Shown piece after piece: positions 29,350 to 38,115 of a stretch of 64,000 bases of DNA. The notes beneath the pieces are model-generated. The model was given only the letters and a program-made list of their open reading frames with translations, was not told the origin of the DNA and searched no databases. The position numbers and the translations under genes were made by a program. The first letter of the stretch is position 1; every line of letters begins with the position of its first letter. Source of the stretch: an uncultured Gammaproteobacteria bacterium (GTDB lineage Bacteria > Patescibacteriota > Patescibacteriia > Magasanikbacterales > UBA922); the NCBI GenBank assembly GCA_964433095.1, contig CAYSPW010000001.1:4296-68295 (forward strand). Direction: 5' to 3'.

Positions 29350-29960
29350 ACCAACAAATGAGTTATCCTGAACCGGTAAAAAATTTAATCTCCGCTTTTT
29401 CCAAATTACCCTCGGTCGGCAACAGAACGGCCGAGCGTTTTGTGTTTCATTTACTAAAATCCGGAAAAAAAGACGTGGCCGAATTAAGCATGGCTTTGAG
29501 TGACTTAATGAAAAAAATTAAAAGCTGTCCGCAATGCTGGGATTTTTCCGATAAAAGCCCATGTGATTACTGCTCCGACCCCAAACGGGACCAAACAACT
29601 CTTTGCGTGGTTAGCGAGCCACAAGGCGTGCAAGTAATAGAAAAAAGCGGCTCGTATAAAGGGTTATATCATATTTTACGCGGTACGGTTAAAGCCGGAG
29701 ATATTGAAAGTGCCAAGCAATTAAAAATATCCCCATTATTATCTCGAGTGAAACAAAATCAAATTAAAGAAATAATTTTGGCTCTAAATCCGGATATTGA
29801 AGGCGAAACCACCATGATGCTGCTAAAGAAAAAAATTAAAAAAGAAAATCCTGATATTAAGATAACCAGCCCTGTGAGAGGATTGCCTATGGGGGCGGAT
29901 TTGCACTACGCGGACGAAATTACTTTAAGCAGTGCTTTTAAAAACAGAATCGAAAAATAA
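29346..29960 (+). CDS. recR: recombination protein RecR
   Basis: LPSVGNRTAERFVFHLL, a C4 zinc finger (CPQC...CDYC) and a Toprim domain. It overlaps ybaB by 4 nt. Confidence 0.9.
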   Translation: MNQQMSYPEPVKNLISAFSKLPSVGNRTAERFVFHLLKSGKKDVAELSMALSDLMKKIKSCPQCWDFSDKSPCDYCSDPKRDQTTLCVVSEPQGVQVIEKSGSYKGLYHILRGTVKAGDIESAKQLKISPLLSRVKQNQIKEIILALNPDIEGETTMMLLKKKIKKENPDIKITSPVRGLPMGADLHYADEITLSSAFKNRIEK

Positions 29961-30190
29961 ATAGAAAAATTAAATTTAACAAATAAAAAAATCCAAAGGA
30001 AGCAGCCCGGCCCACAAACCTGTCATTTATTCCGTTATCGCCTGTTGACTTTTTCAGCAAAAGAACGCTATTGGTTGAAATATTTAAACGAACCGGCTTT
30101 TACCCGCGCCGCTCCAATTGATTACAATTAGTCCTATACAACACATTAACCGCGTCCACAAATTCTGCATTACTCGTCTCCCCAGCATAA

Positions 30191-30222
30191 AAAAAGATCC
30201 GGTCATTTATACCGGTCTTTTT
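30191..30222 (-). terminator. bidirectional intrinsic terminator (rplU on minus, recR on plus)
   Basis: CCGGT/ACCGG stem with flanking GA/TC. A-run and T-run lie on either side. The rplU stop codon overlaps the T-run. Confidence 0.5.
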
Positions 30223-30537
30223 TTACCTTATAGCTTCAACTTTGACTTTTGTGTAAGGTTGGCGGTGACCTTTCACTCTTTTGTATCTGACTTTTCGCTT
30301 AAATTTCACCACCCGTATTTTCTTATTCCTACCCTCTTGCTCAACCGTGGCCGCGATACTTACTCCGTCCAAATAAGGAGTGCCGATTTTTACTTCTGAC
30401 CCGTCTTCTTTGGCCAGAAGCAACACTTTATCAAATACAACTTCTTTGCCCGCTTCAGCATTCAGTTTTTCAATCTTCAGACTGTCTCCGGCTTTGATTA
30501 GATATTGCTTTCCACCTGTTTCAATAACAGCGTACAT
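30223..30537 (-). CDS. rplU: 50S ribosomal protein L21
   Basis: MYAVIETGGKQYLIKAGDSLKIEKL. The track ORF extends to 30585, but the L21 consensus begins at MYAV. Confidence 0.85.
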   Translation of the reverse strand: MYAVIETGGKQYLIKAGDSLKIEKLNAEAGKEVVFDKVLLLAKEDGSEVKIGTPYLDGVSIAATVEQEGRNKKIRVVKFKRKVRYKRVKGHRQPYTKVKVEAIR

Positions 30538-30660
30538 AATATATTTTTTAGTTAAATATGCTAGAGAAACCGAGCCAATAATCAAATAGGTTTTTTAGGT
30601 GTACCCTATTTTTTAGGCGTAGACTAGTGTATAATATTTTTTATTTTCTGTCAAGCGAAG

Positions 30661-31131
30661 TCATTCTTGTATGATTAACATCCTATCGCCAATTTTTAAA
30701 CCATGCTCTTGTACCCAGCCACTTTTCAGCTCCAAAACCAAATTTGCCTCGGCTCGAGGAAAATATACTGTCAACCGTTCTTCATCGCGGCCCGGTTCTG
30801 GTTTGACATTGGGAGCGATATCCACCACCCGACCGCGATCAAGCCAAATAATGTCAATGGGAAACTCCATCTTTCTCATGACTATTTTATGCCGGGCATG
30901 ATTGAAATATAAAAAAAGCATACCGTCGTATTGTTCAAGACTTTCTCTCTTGCCTAAACCGCGATGCCAGTGGTAGGGAGTTTTTGCCACCAAAACATTC
31001 AAATTCTGATCCTTAAGCCGTATTCGCGCTTCCGGCCAATGTAGCTGCCATAAATTGACGCCGACTACCGATAATACGAAAATGGCAATAATAATTATTT
31101 GAAATTTACTTAATTTTCTTTTGTTTTTCAT
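30661..31131 (-). CDS. DUF192 family protein
   Basis: N-terminal TM helix, plus YDGMLFLYFNHARHKIVMRKMEFPIDIIWLDRGRVVDI typical of DUF192 (COG1430). Confidence 0.65.
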   Translation of the reverse strand: MKNKRKLSKFQIIIIAIFVLSVVGVNLWQLHWPEARIRLKDQNLNVLVAKTPYHWHRGLGKRESLEQYDGMLFLYFNHARHKIVMRKMEFPIDIIWLDRGRVVDIAPNVKPEPGRDEERLTVYFPRAEANLVLELKSGWVQEHGLKIGDRMLIIQE

Positions 31132-32189
31132 TTTGCCGCTTTTTTATCCCTAAATGAAAACCACACTCCGAGCAACAACATCAAAGCCAGTAAAAAAACC
31201 AGGGCTATTAGTTTTTGGCTACTTTGTAAAAACAAAGCGGTAAATCCGAATAAAAAGGAAATTGAATACATCAACAGCACGGCTTGCTTTTGCGTCAAGC
31301 CGGATTCCAATAATTTAAAATGCAAATGCTCTTGATCGCCTAAATAAATCGGCTTGTTTTTTTGCATTCTCCTGATCATGACTCGCGCCACATCCAGCAT
31401 GGGAATACCGATCACCAACAATGTAATGGCGATTTTTCCTCCGGATATGATAGCCAGAGATCCAAGCATAAAACCGGTAAACAATGATCCGCCTTCGCCC
31501 AAAAAAATCTTCGCCGGATGCCAATTCCATACCAAAAAACCCAGACAAGCGGCCGAGAATACAATGGCCAGCATGGCTACTTCCGGCTGATACCACTGGC
31601 TTTGCAAACTTAAAAAAAATATAATCAAAGCGCCGATACTGACGACACCGGCCACCAAACCGTCCAATCCATCCAAAAACTTGGTGGTAAACATTACTCC
31701 GAGCAGCCAGAAAAAAACCAAAATATCAGCCACTATTATCCAATTTCCCAATCCGATTACCGCCAGTTTATAATCAAGCGTAATGGTGCCACCCAAAGGG
31801 TTTGTGATAACGCGCGGTCCGATGCCGAAAACTATTATACTCAGTGCCGCCAGTATCGGAAAAATTATTTGCGCTCTGGCGCACAGTGAATATTTATCAT
31901 CCAAAAAACCGCCGATCATCAAAAACAAACCGCCTATAAATAAACCCAACATCTGAGTACCGGTTATGTCTCGTGCCATAAAATCACTGTAGCAAAGCAA
32001 ATATCCGGACACTATGAAAAAAGATAAAAAAATGGCCAGACCTCCGCCCAATGGAATTTTCTTCTTGTGAATTTTACGCGATTTTGCTTTCGGTTTATCT
32101 ACAACCCCTAATCTCGCCATTACATCTTTTACCAAAGCGGTAAGAAAAAATGAAATAACAAAAGTCAGCAAAAAATAACCGGCAAACAT
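31128..32189 (-). CDS. polyprenyl-phosphate N-acetylhexosamine-1-phosphate transferase (WecA/TagO-type, MraY superfamily)
   Basis: KIHKKKIPLGGGLAIF (WecA-type, not the MraY GTPTMGG). Also FLDDKYSL, TKFLDGLDGLVAG and C-terminal DQEHLHFKLL. Confidence 0.7.
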   Translation of the reverse strand: MFAGYFLLTFVISFFLTALVKDVMARLGVVDKPKAKSRKIHKKKIPLGGGLAIFLSFFIVSGYLLCYSDFMARDITGTQMLGLFIGGLFLMIGGFLDDKYSLCARAQIIFPILAALSIIVFGIGPRVITNPLGGTITLDYKLAVIGLGNWIIVADILVFFWLLGVMFTTKFLDGLDGLVAGVVSIGALIIFFLSLQSQWYQPEVAMLAIVFSAACLGFLVWNWHPAKIFLGEGGSLFTGFMLGSLAIISGGKIAITLLVIGIPMLDVARVMIRRMQKNKPIYLGDQEHLHFKLLESGLTQKQAVLLMYSISFLFGFTALFLQSSQKLIALVFLLALMLLLGVWFSFRDKKAAK

Positions 32190-32201
32190 ATTGATTGTTA
32201 T

Positions 32202-34955
32202 TTAATCCTCGCCTTTATCCACTATAATTTCCAAATTCTCCCCTAAAACTACTTCGTCTTTACGCCTTAGTTTACCAGAGATCAATAGTTCAGCCAATTT
32301 GTTCTCTACATAATCTTGAATGGCGCGACGCATCGGTCTGGCGCCGAATTCCGGATCATATCCCACATCGGCCATTGCATCCAAAGCTTGGGACTTGACT
32401 CTTAGCGTGATCCCCCTCTTTTCCAGATCCTGTTCCACTCTCTTGAGCATTAGCGAAGCAATTTGCCTGATCTCCTGCTTGGTCAATGATTTAAACAACA
32501 CAATGGCGTCAAATCGATTTAAAAATTCAGGCCGGTAATATTGTTTCAATTCAGTACGGATCATCGACTGCCGTATCTGTTCCAAAGGTATTCCTTGCCT
32601 GAGCTGTTCTTGTACAAAATCCGTGCCGGCGTTAGATGTGGCAATAATGATGGTGTTACAAAAATTAATCACCCGACCTACGCTGTCTGTCAGCCTGCCA
32701 TCGTCAAAAACCTGTAAAAACAAATTTAGAATACCGGAATCCGCTTTTTCCAGCTCGTCCAGAAGCAGTAGTGAAAATGGATTTTGCCTTACCGCCTCGG
32801 TCAGCAGGCCAGTACCCTGCCGATTCGGTTCGCCGATCAACCGGTAAATACTTAATTTGTCTTGGTATTCGCTCATGTCCAACCTAATCATCCTCTCTTC
32901 GGAACCAAAATATATTTGGGCAATGGTTTTAGCCAACTCAGTCTTTCCCACTCCGGTAGGCCCAAGAAACAAAAAATTGGCTATCGGCCGATCTTGCGAC
33001 CTCATTTCCGCTCTTGCCCGGCGCAAAGCATTGGCTACCAAGGAAACCGCTTCATGCTGGCCAATAATCCTCTGATGCATTTCCTCTTCCAAGCGGAGTA
33101 ATTTTTCCGATTCGCTTTCGGTAATACTGGTAGTCAGTACTCCGGTCTTGTCGCTGATGACCTTTGCCACGTCATCGGGCTTGACCAAGTGCAATTCTTT
33201 TGATTTAGAGTGTACCATAGCCGCGGTTTCTCTCATCACTTCAATCGCGCTCGCCGGCATATTCTGATCATACATGAATTGATCGGCTAAAACGGCCGCT
33301 TTTTCCAAAGCGTCATAAGTAAAAAATACGTTATTCTTGTATTCGGCATGCGCCACTTTTGATTCCAACACCTGAACGGTCTGATTGACATCCATTTCCT
33401 CTATATCCACCTTGCTGAACGACTTGCCCACTTGAGTATTGACGATATTACGGCTATATCCTTCCACGGTAGTAGTAGCGAACGTTAAAAAATTTCCTCT
33501 GACCAAATACTCAGCTAATGTTTCGGATACATCTAGATTTTCTCCTTGCCCTTGTGCGGTACCAACCAAATCATCAAGGTTATTTATTAGCAAAATGATG
33601 TTGCCGGCGCGCGCCACTTCATTCATAATGCGGATAAGCCTTTCTTGTGCTCCACTGACCGAAGTTCCGGCTAAAAGCGAGGAGTTGGAAAGATATACCA
33701 ATCGCTTGTCTTTGAGGCGCTCCGGCACGTTTTCCTCAACCATCCTTTGCGCGATGCCTTCCATAATACTCATTTTACCCACTCCATGTTCCCCCACTAA
33801 AATTACACTTTGTTGTCCGGCGTCCACTATCCGAAAAATCTCTTCTATTTCTTTATCACGCGCCATGCAAGGATTAAGGCGTCCGTATTTGGCCGATAAA
33901 GTCAAATCCATACTAAAACTGTTCAAGAAGGGAGTAGCCACCGCCGTCATCGCTCTATCCAGACCATGCTTGCTGCGACGCGTGGCCGCTTTTGATAATT
34001 TTATCTTTTGCCTTTTTAATTTTTTTCTGGTTCTGACCCAGCCGACCACATTATTTAATTTCTGTCCGTCAATATTAAAATCATACAAAATTTCCTGAAT
34101 AGCCTCTGACTGCATTACAGCGGCCAGCAACAACTCGCTCAAATCAACCAGTTCCTGCCTGTCCGAATAGGCCATTTCATAAGCATGCAGCAAAACCTGT
34201 TTAACATCTTCGCTTACAATCGGAATAACCGACTTTTCTCCTTTTTTTAAAAGCGCGGCCACTTTTCCTTTTATTGCTTTACTGGAAACCCCCAGCCGCA
34301 CAAAAATACCGACGACCTCTTGCGTGTCTAAAATAGTGTAAAAAAGATGGCTGACCGCGAATCGCACGCTTCTTTCCGACTCGGCAAATATGTAAGCGCG
34401 GTCAAGTAATTGTCGGACCTCCATTGAAAATGTATCTGATATGTCTTTTTTCTTTTTATTGGACAACCGATGAACCTGCGGCCAGGATTCAACTGACAAA
34501 CTGTCCCATTCTACTTTGTCTTGACCGTACGCGCGCGTTTCTACTTCTTCTATTTCCACTCCCATTGCCGAAATCCGGTAAATCATATAACTGAAAGAAA
34601 TGATGGACAGCCAAAAAATCACTCGCCAGCTATCGTCTCCGTTAATCCAGTATGAAACGGTAAAAATTTGTTCCGCCAGCGCAAAACGGTACACGTGCCA
34701 GACGTACAAAAACAAAAAGCCCAATCCGAATACGATCGCGCCAATGACATTGAATTTATCCAATATTTCCCTGCCCCGGCGCAGCCGGACATGATAGCTA
34801 TTGAGTGGCTGTCCCCAATACAAAAATTTTCCTCTTCTGCTCACGCCAAACCCCTTACCCTTACATTGCGGACATTTTTTAAAATTAAGATATCCGGAGC
34901 TGCCGCAAGTGCCGCAGCTTAAGATATTAAATTGTTCTTTTTTTTCAAACAACAT
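32202..34955 (-). CDS. membrane-anchored Hsp100/Clp-family double AAA+ ATPase with N-terminal zinc ribbon and degenerate D1 nucleotide-binding site
   Basis: N-terminal CGTCG...CPQCKGKG zinc ribbon. Two TM helices at about residues 68-90 and 104-126. Clp-N-like repeats. D1 Walker A is GEHGVGKMS at 33771-33794 and D1 Walker B is ILLINNLDD at about 33570-33593; both are non-canonical. D2 is canonical: GPTGVGKTELAK and LLLDELEKA. No obvious M-domain coiled coil or IGF loop. Confidence 0.8.
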   Translation of the reverse strand: MLFEKKEQFNILSCGTCGSSGYLNFKKCPQCKGKGFGVSRRGKFLYWGQPLNSYHVRLRRGREILDKFNVIGAIVFGLGFLFLYVWHVYRFALAEQIFTVSYWINGDDSWRVIFWLSIISFSYMIYRISAMGVEIEEVETRAYGQDKVEWDSLSVESWPQVHRLSNKKKKDISDTFSMEVRQLLDRAYIFAESERSVRFAVSHLFYTILDTQEVVGIFVRLGVSSKAIKGKVAALLKKGEKSVIPIVSEDVKQVLLHAYEMAYSDRQELVDLSELLLAAVMQSEAIQEILYDFNIDGQKLNNVVGWVRTRKKLKRQKIKLSKAATRRSKHGLDRAMTAVATPFLNSFSMDLTLSAKYGRLNPCMARDKEIEEIFRIVDAGQQSVILVGEHGVGKMSIMEGIAQRMVEENVPERLKDKRLVYLSNSSLLAGTSVSGAQERLIRIMNEVARAGNIILLINNLDDLVGTAQGQGENLDVSETLAEYLVRGNFLTFATTTVEGYSRNIVNTQVGKSFSKVDIEEMDVNQTVQVLESKVAHAEYKNNVFFTYDALEKAAVLADQFMYDQNMPASAIEVMRETAAMVHSKSKELHLVKPDDVAKVISDKTGVLTTSITESESEKLLRLEEEMHQRIIGQHEAVSLVANALRRARAEMRSQDRPIANFLFLGPTGVGKTELAKTIAQIYFGSEERMIRLDMSEYQDKLSIYRLIGEPNRQGTGLLTEAVRQNPFSLLLLDELEKADSGILNLFLQVFDDGRLTDSVGRVINFCNTIIIATSNAGTDFVQEQLRQGIPLEQIRQSMIRTELKQYYRPEFLNRFDAIVLFKSLTKQEIRQIASLMLKRVEQDLEKRGITLRVKSQALDAMADVGYDPEFGARPMRRAIQDYVENKLAELLISGKLRRKDEVVLGENLEIIVDKGED

Positions 34956-34961
34956 AATAGG

Positions 34962-35324
34962 TTAGGATAAACCGAAAAAAGCAATGGCTAGCATCATAAC
35001 AACAACAATCGGGAAAACCAACCAGATTAACAACAATGCCAGTATAAAAATCAACACAAAAAACAAGGCTATTGATCTGCCGACAACATTGACTAAGCGC
35101 ATAAAAATACTAATCAGTCTGCCCTGCCAATCATATTGGCCGAACATGGGCACGGCTATATTTTTCAGCCACAAGCCGGGAGCCAAATAGCCATTGGCCG
35201 TAGATAGGATACCAATGCAAAATCCTCCCGCTTTTTTTACTCCGCCGGAAAACCACCATAAAGGAAAGTATAATATATCAAGTAAAAATTCCAATGCCAA
35301 TCTTTGCACTAAAATTACCCACAT
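34962..35324 (-). CDS. small membrane protein (3-4 TM), unknown function
   Basis: 120-aa hydrophobic ORF, 6 nt upstream of the membrane Clp-like gene. Confidence 0.4.
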   Translation of the reverse strand: MWVILVQRLALEFLLDILYFPLWWFSGGVKKAGGFCIGILSTANGYLAPGLWLKNIAVPMFGQYDWQGRLISIFMRLVNVVGRSIALFFVLIFILALLLIWLVFPIVVVMMLAIAFFGLS

Positions 35325-35372
35325 AAAATGTTGTTTAATACTTGACTAAATTATATCATATAGTCAAAAAAA

Positions 35373-35386
35373 CCCCTAGTCAGGGG
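35373..35386 (-). terminator. intrinsic terminator after ftsL (minus strand)
   Basis: On the minus strand, CCCCTGACTAGGGG hairpin followed by TTTTTTT. An inverted repeat TTGACTA...TAGTCAA lies just downstream. Confidence 0.4.
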
Positions 35387-35411
35387 TTTGTTTTACAAAA
35401 ATTAATTTTTC

Positions 35412-35756
35412 TTATCTGCGGGCCACTTCTGTGCCTGCCGGCAATATGAAATGCATATTTTCCGCTTCTACCATGCCTATTTGCGCCAACCGACTTTGAA
35501 TACTGTCCATTGATCGATACTTGGCAATCTCCACTTCCAGTTGCCTGGTATCCTGTTCTAAGGCTATTTTTTTTTCTTCCAAATCACTGATTTCAAAACC
35601 TTTGGTGGATACCGAACTGATTTTAGCCAAAAACAAAACACTCACCACCACCAGAAAAAAAGATAATATTAATCTGAAAGTTTTGCCTAAAAACCATTGC
35701 TTGGACGCTATTTTGCGCTCTCTTAAAGTTTGATTTTTATTTGTATATTTATTCAT
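35412..35756 (-). CDS. ftsL: cell division protein FtsL/DivIC-like (septum formation initiator)
   Basis: 114 aa with a single TM plus coiled coil. It sits directly downstream of mraZ-rsmH, as in dcw clusters. Confidence 0.55.
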   Translation of the reverse strand: MNKYTNKNQTLRERKIASKQWFLGKTFRLILSFFLVVVSVLFLAKISSVSTKGFEISDLEEKKIALEQDTRQLEVEIAKYRSMDSIQSRLAQIGMVEAENMHFILPAGTEVARR

Positions 35757-35791
35757 ATTTTTCCAACTGGTATTTTTTATGCCAAAAATTT

Positions 35792-36706
35792 TTATTCTTT
35801 TTTTTCCGCCACTCTAAGCTTGGCTGATCTGGCGCGCGGATTTTGCTTGATTTCCGATAAGGAAGCGGTAACCGGTTTTTTTGTAATAATTTTTAAATCA
35901 TCAACGCTGGCTTTAAAAAAATGCTTCACTATCCGATCTTCCAAAGAATGAAATGAAATTACCGCCAACCTGGCTTCCGGCTCAAGCAACATCCGCGCTT
36001 GAACCAAAGCCCGCTCCAATATCTCCAGTTCGTTATTTACCGCAATTCTTAAAGCTTGAAAAGTGCGTGTAGCCGGGTGGATCTTGCCCACCCAGGGCAC
36101 GTCCTTATTGATTTTCAGCTTATTTCGATAGACCTGCAATATGATACGCGCCAAATCACCGGTGCGACTGATAGGTTTGTTTTTCCTCTCTCGTGTTATT
36201 GCTTTGGCGATCTCCGTGCTTAATTTTTCTTCTCCGTATACGCGCAATATTTGCTCCAGCTCTTCTTCGGATTCTTGATTGATAATTTCCGTCACGGTGG
36301 GTGATTTATCAAAAGCACCGTTAGCACAATATCGCATATCAAGCGGTTCGTCTTTTTTAAAGCTGAAGCCCCTTCCCCTTTCCGCAAACTGCGGACTTGA
36401 CCAGCCCAAATCCATTAATATTCCATGCACCGGCTGAAACCCGGTATTTTCAATAATCTCGTTTAAATTAACAAAATTATCTCTTACCAATACTACTCTA
36501 TCTTTGTATTGATACAAAAACCGCTTCGCCCTTAAAATTGATTCCGGATCAGCGTCTATGCCAAGCAATATTCCATTGGGAGCGCTAGCCTGTAACATGG
36601 CTTGGGCATGCCCGCCGTCTCCCACCGTACAGTCCACAATATTATCGCCCGATTTTATGTCCAACAGTTCCACTACCTCTTTTAGTAATACTGGTTTATG
36701 CTTCAT
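35792..36706 (-). CDS. rsmH: 16S rRNA (cytosine1402-N4)-methyltransferase
   Basis: MKHKPVLLKEVVELL...IVDCTVGDGGHAQAML. Confidence 0.9.
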   Translation of the reverse strand: MKHKPVLLKEVVELLDIKSGDNIVDCTVGDGGHAQAMLQASAPNGILLGIDADPESILRAKRFLYQYKDRVVLVRDNFVNLNEIIENTGFQPVHGILMDLGWSSPQFAERGRGFSFKKDEPLDMRYCANGAFDKSPTVTEIINQESEEELEQILRVYGEEKLSTEIAKAITRERKNKPISRTGDLARIILQVYRNKLKINKDVPWVGKIHPATRTFQALRIAVNNELEILERALVQARMLLEPEARLAVISFHSLEDRIVKHFFKASVDDLKIITKKPVTASLSEIKQNPRARSAKLRVAEKKE

Positions 36707-36720
36707 ACGCCAATCTTTTT

Positions 36721-37149
36721 TTATACCCCCAATTCAGCCATCTGCTCGGCGATTTTATTGCTTTCTTTTTCTGTTTTCTTTTTGTAATCAATCCACTTTT
36801 CCTGATCCCATATTTCCAATCGATTGTACAGTCCGGCCACTACCACCCCTTTATTTAGATCAGCAAAATTACGCAAATAATCGGGCAATATTACTCTTCC
36901 CTGCTTGTCCAAATCTACATCCATGGCTCCGGCCAGCATCAGACGGGCAAACGCTCTCGCGTTAGCTTGAGAAAAAGGCAGTTGAGCCAGCTTGTCGGCC
37001 AATTGTTTCCATTCTTGGGCAGTATAGAAAAAAAGACAATTATCCAACCCCTTGGTCACCACCGCTCCTTTTGTCAACTTTGCTCTAAACTTTTTAGGAA
37101 TAGCCAGCCGCCCTTTTTCGTCTAAATTATGTGAATACTCACCGATGAA
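36721..37149 (-). CDS. mraZ: transcriptional regulator MraZ
   Basis: MFIGEYSHNLDEKGRLAIPKKFR, with two MraZ repeats. The track ORF extends to 37179. Confidence 0.85.
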   Translation of the reverse strand, partial: FIGEYSHNLDEKGRLAIPKKFRAKLTKGAVVTKGLDNCLFFYTAQEWKQLADKLAQLPFSQANARAFARLMLAGAMDVDLDKQGRVILPDYLRNFADLNKGVVVAGLYNRLEIWDQEKWIDYKKKTEKESNKIAEQMAELGV

Positions 37150-37224
37150 CATAAAATTAATTGATAAATAGATAGACAAGCATTGTTACCTATTTTTTAA
37201 GACGAAGCCAAATAACTGGAAATT

Positions 37225-37260
37225 CCCCACTTTTCCCCACCTGTTTCCATTATATTCCAC
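37225..37260 (-). promoter_or_regulatory. MraZ-box-like direct repeats (GTGGGG-N4-GTGGGG, GTGGAA 14 nt upstream) with an adjacent TATAAT
   Basis: On the minus strand: GTGGAA (37255-37260), TATAAT (37249-37254), and GTGGGG at 37235-37240 and 37225-37230. The two GTGGGG repeats are 10 nt apart centre to centre. The repeats lie about 75-110 nt upstream of the mraZ ATG. Confidence 0.35.
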
Positions 37261-37381
37261 CCATATCCTTTTTGCAACCCCATTTATCCCCAACAAAATG
37301 AACGAAATATCCGCTATTGACAATTTGGCAAAAATACTGTAAAAAAACCATAGATCTTTACCAGCAAGCAAGGAGATTTTT

Positions 37382-38014
37382 ATGAACAAACCCGGACTAC
37401 TTCCATTACCTGAAAACTACATTATAATGATGGAACGTCTCAAGGGCATGAACATATTTGGCATGTTCATTGACAAATCCATCATCTTGGACGATCTGGT
37501 CAGGTTGTCCTGGCAGATAAAACTCCGCCATCCCCAAACCGCCATAAAAAGATTGGAAAACCTGGTGATGAGCAACCTGAGCTGTATTTATACTTTCAAT
37601 CAACCGGGATTGGTCTCAAGTGAAGGAAAAAGCTTTCCTTCCTACAAGTACCCGAAAATGGAGATAGAACGCTTGGCTTTGGGAACGCAGTCGCCAGAAG
37701 CCGTAAAAGACGTGGTTGGTGATAAATACTGCCGCGTGAATATTAATAAGCTTAGCTTGCAGTTGGGTTGTCGCGTGGGCAAGCCTACCACGTATGCCCT
37801 GCTGTTCGGCATTCTACTCGCGGCATGCGATTTGGCTGACGAAATCAAGGTTATCCAGAAGGGTAATCATGCCTGGGTGATGTATAAATTATTCGGGGTC
37901 AGCAGCTGGCATGTTGCCGATCCGTCAATAAAGGCTAGAGGTTTTTTGGAAAAGGATAATATAAATAAATACAAAAAAAATGCGGCCGCGGCCGATTTCG
38001 TTCTTTCCCTTTAA
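37382..38014 (+). CDS. transglutaminase-like / papain-like Cys-His-Asp fold protein (putative cysteine protease or deamidase)
   Basis: LGCRVGKPTTYALLFGILLAACDL...KGNHAWVMYKLFGVSSWHVADPS. Spacing is C-x33-H-x14-D, with the NHAW motif typical of the transglutaminase-like core. A strong SD AAGGAG lies 6 nt upstream of the ATG. GC is about 45%, against a 40% background. Confidence 0.4.
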   Translation: MNKPGLLPLPENYIIMMERLKGMNIFGMFIDKSIILDDLVRLSWQIKLRHPQTAIKRLENLVMSNLSCIYTFNQPGLVSSEGKSFPSYKYPKMEIERLALGTQSPEAVKDVVGDKYCRVNINKLSLQLGCRVGKPTTYALLFGILLAACDLADEIKVIQKGNHAWVMYKLFGVSSWHVADPSIKARGFLEKDNINKYKKNAAAADFVLSL

Positions 38015-38115
38015 ACCGAACACGTCGTCTTCCAGCAGAAAAGACGGCGTTTTTTATTTGTCTAGCTAAACCCGGTGGGCGAACCTTGGGAATATCATCG
38101 CCAAAAAAAGAATTT

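Noticed and set aside
30630-30635. Perfect TATAAT on the plus strand in the DUF192-rplU intergenic region
   Set aside because: There is no plus-strand gene downstream and no -35 box. The region most likely serves minus-strand transcription.
33439-34098. 219-aa plus-strand ORF and several other 60-150-aa ORFs antisense to or inside long genes (for example 1524..1739, 8191..8427, 17914..18369, 44122..44601, 46041..46709)
   Set aside because: They lie entirely within well-supported genes on the opposite strand or in other frames. They have low-complexity composition and no motifs, and are typical shadow ORFs.
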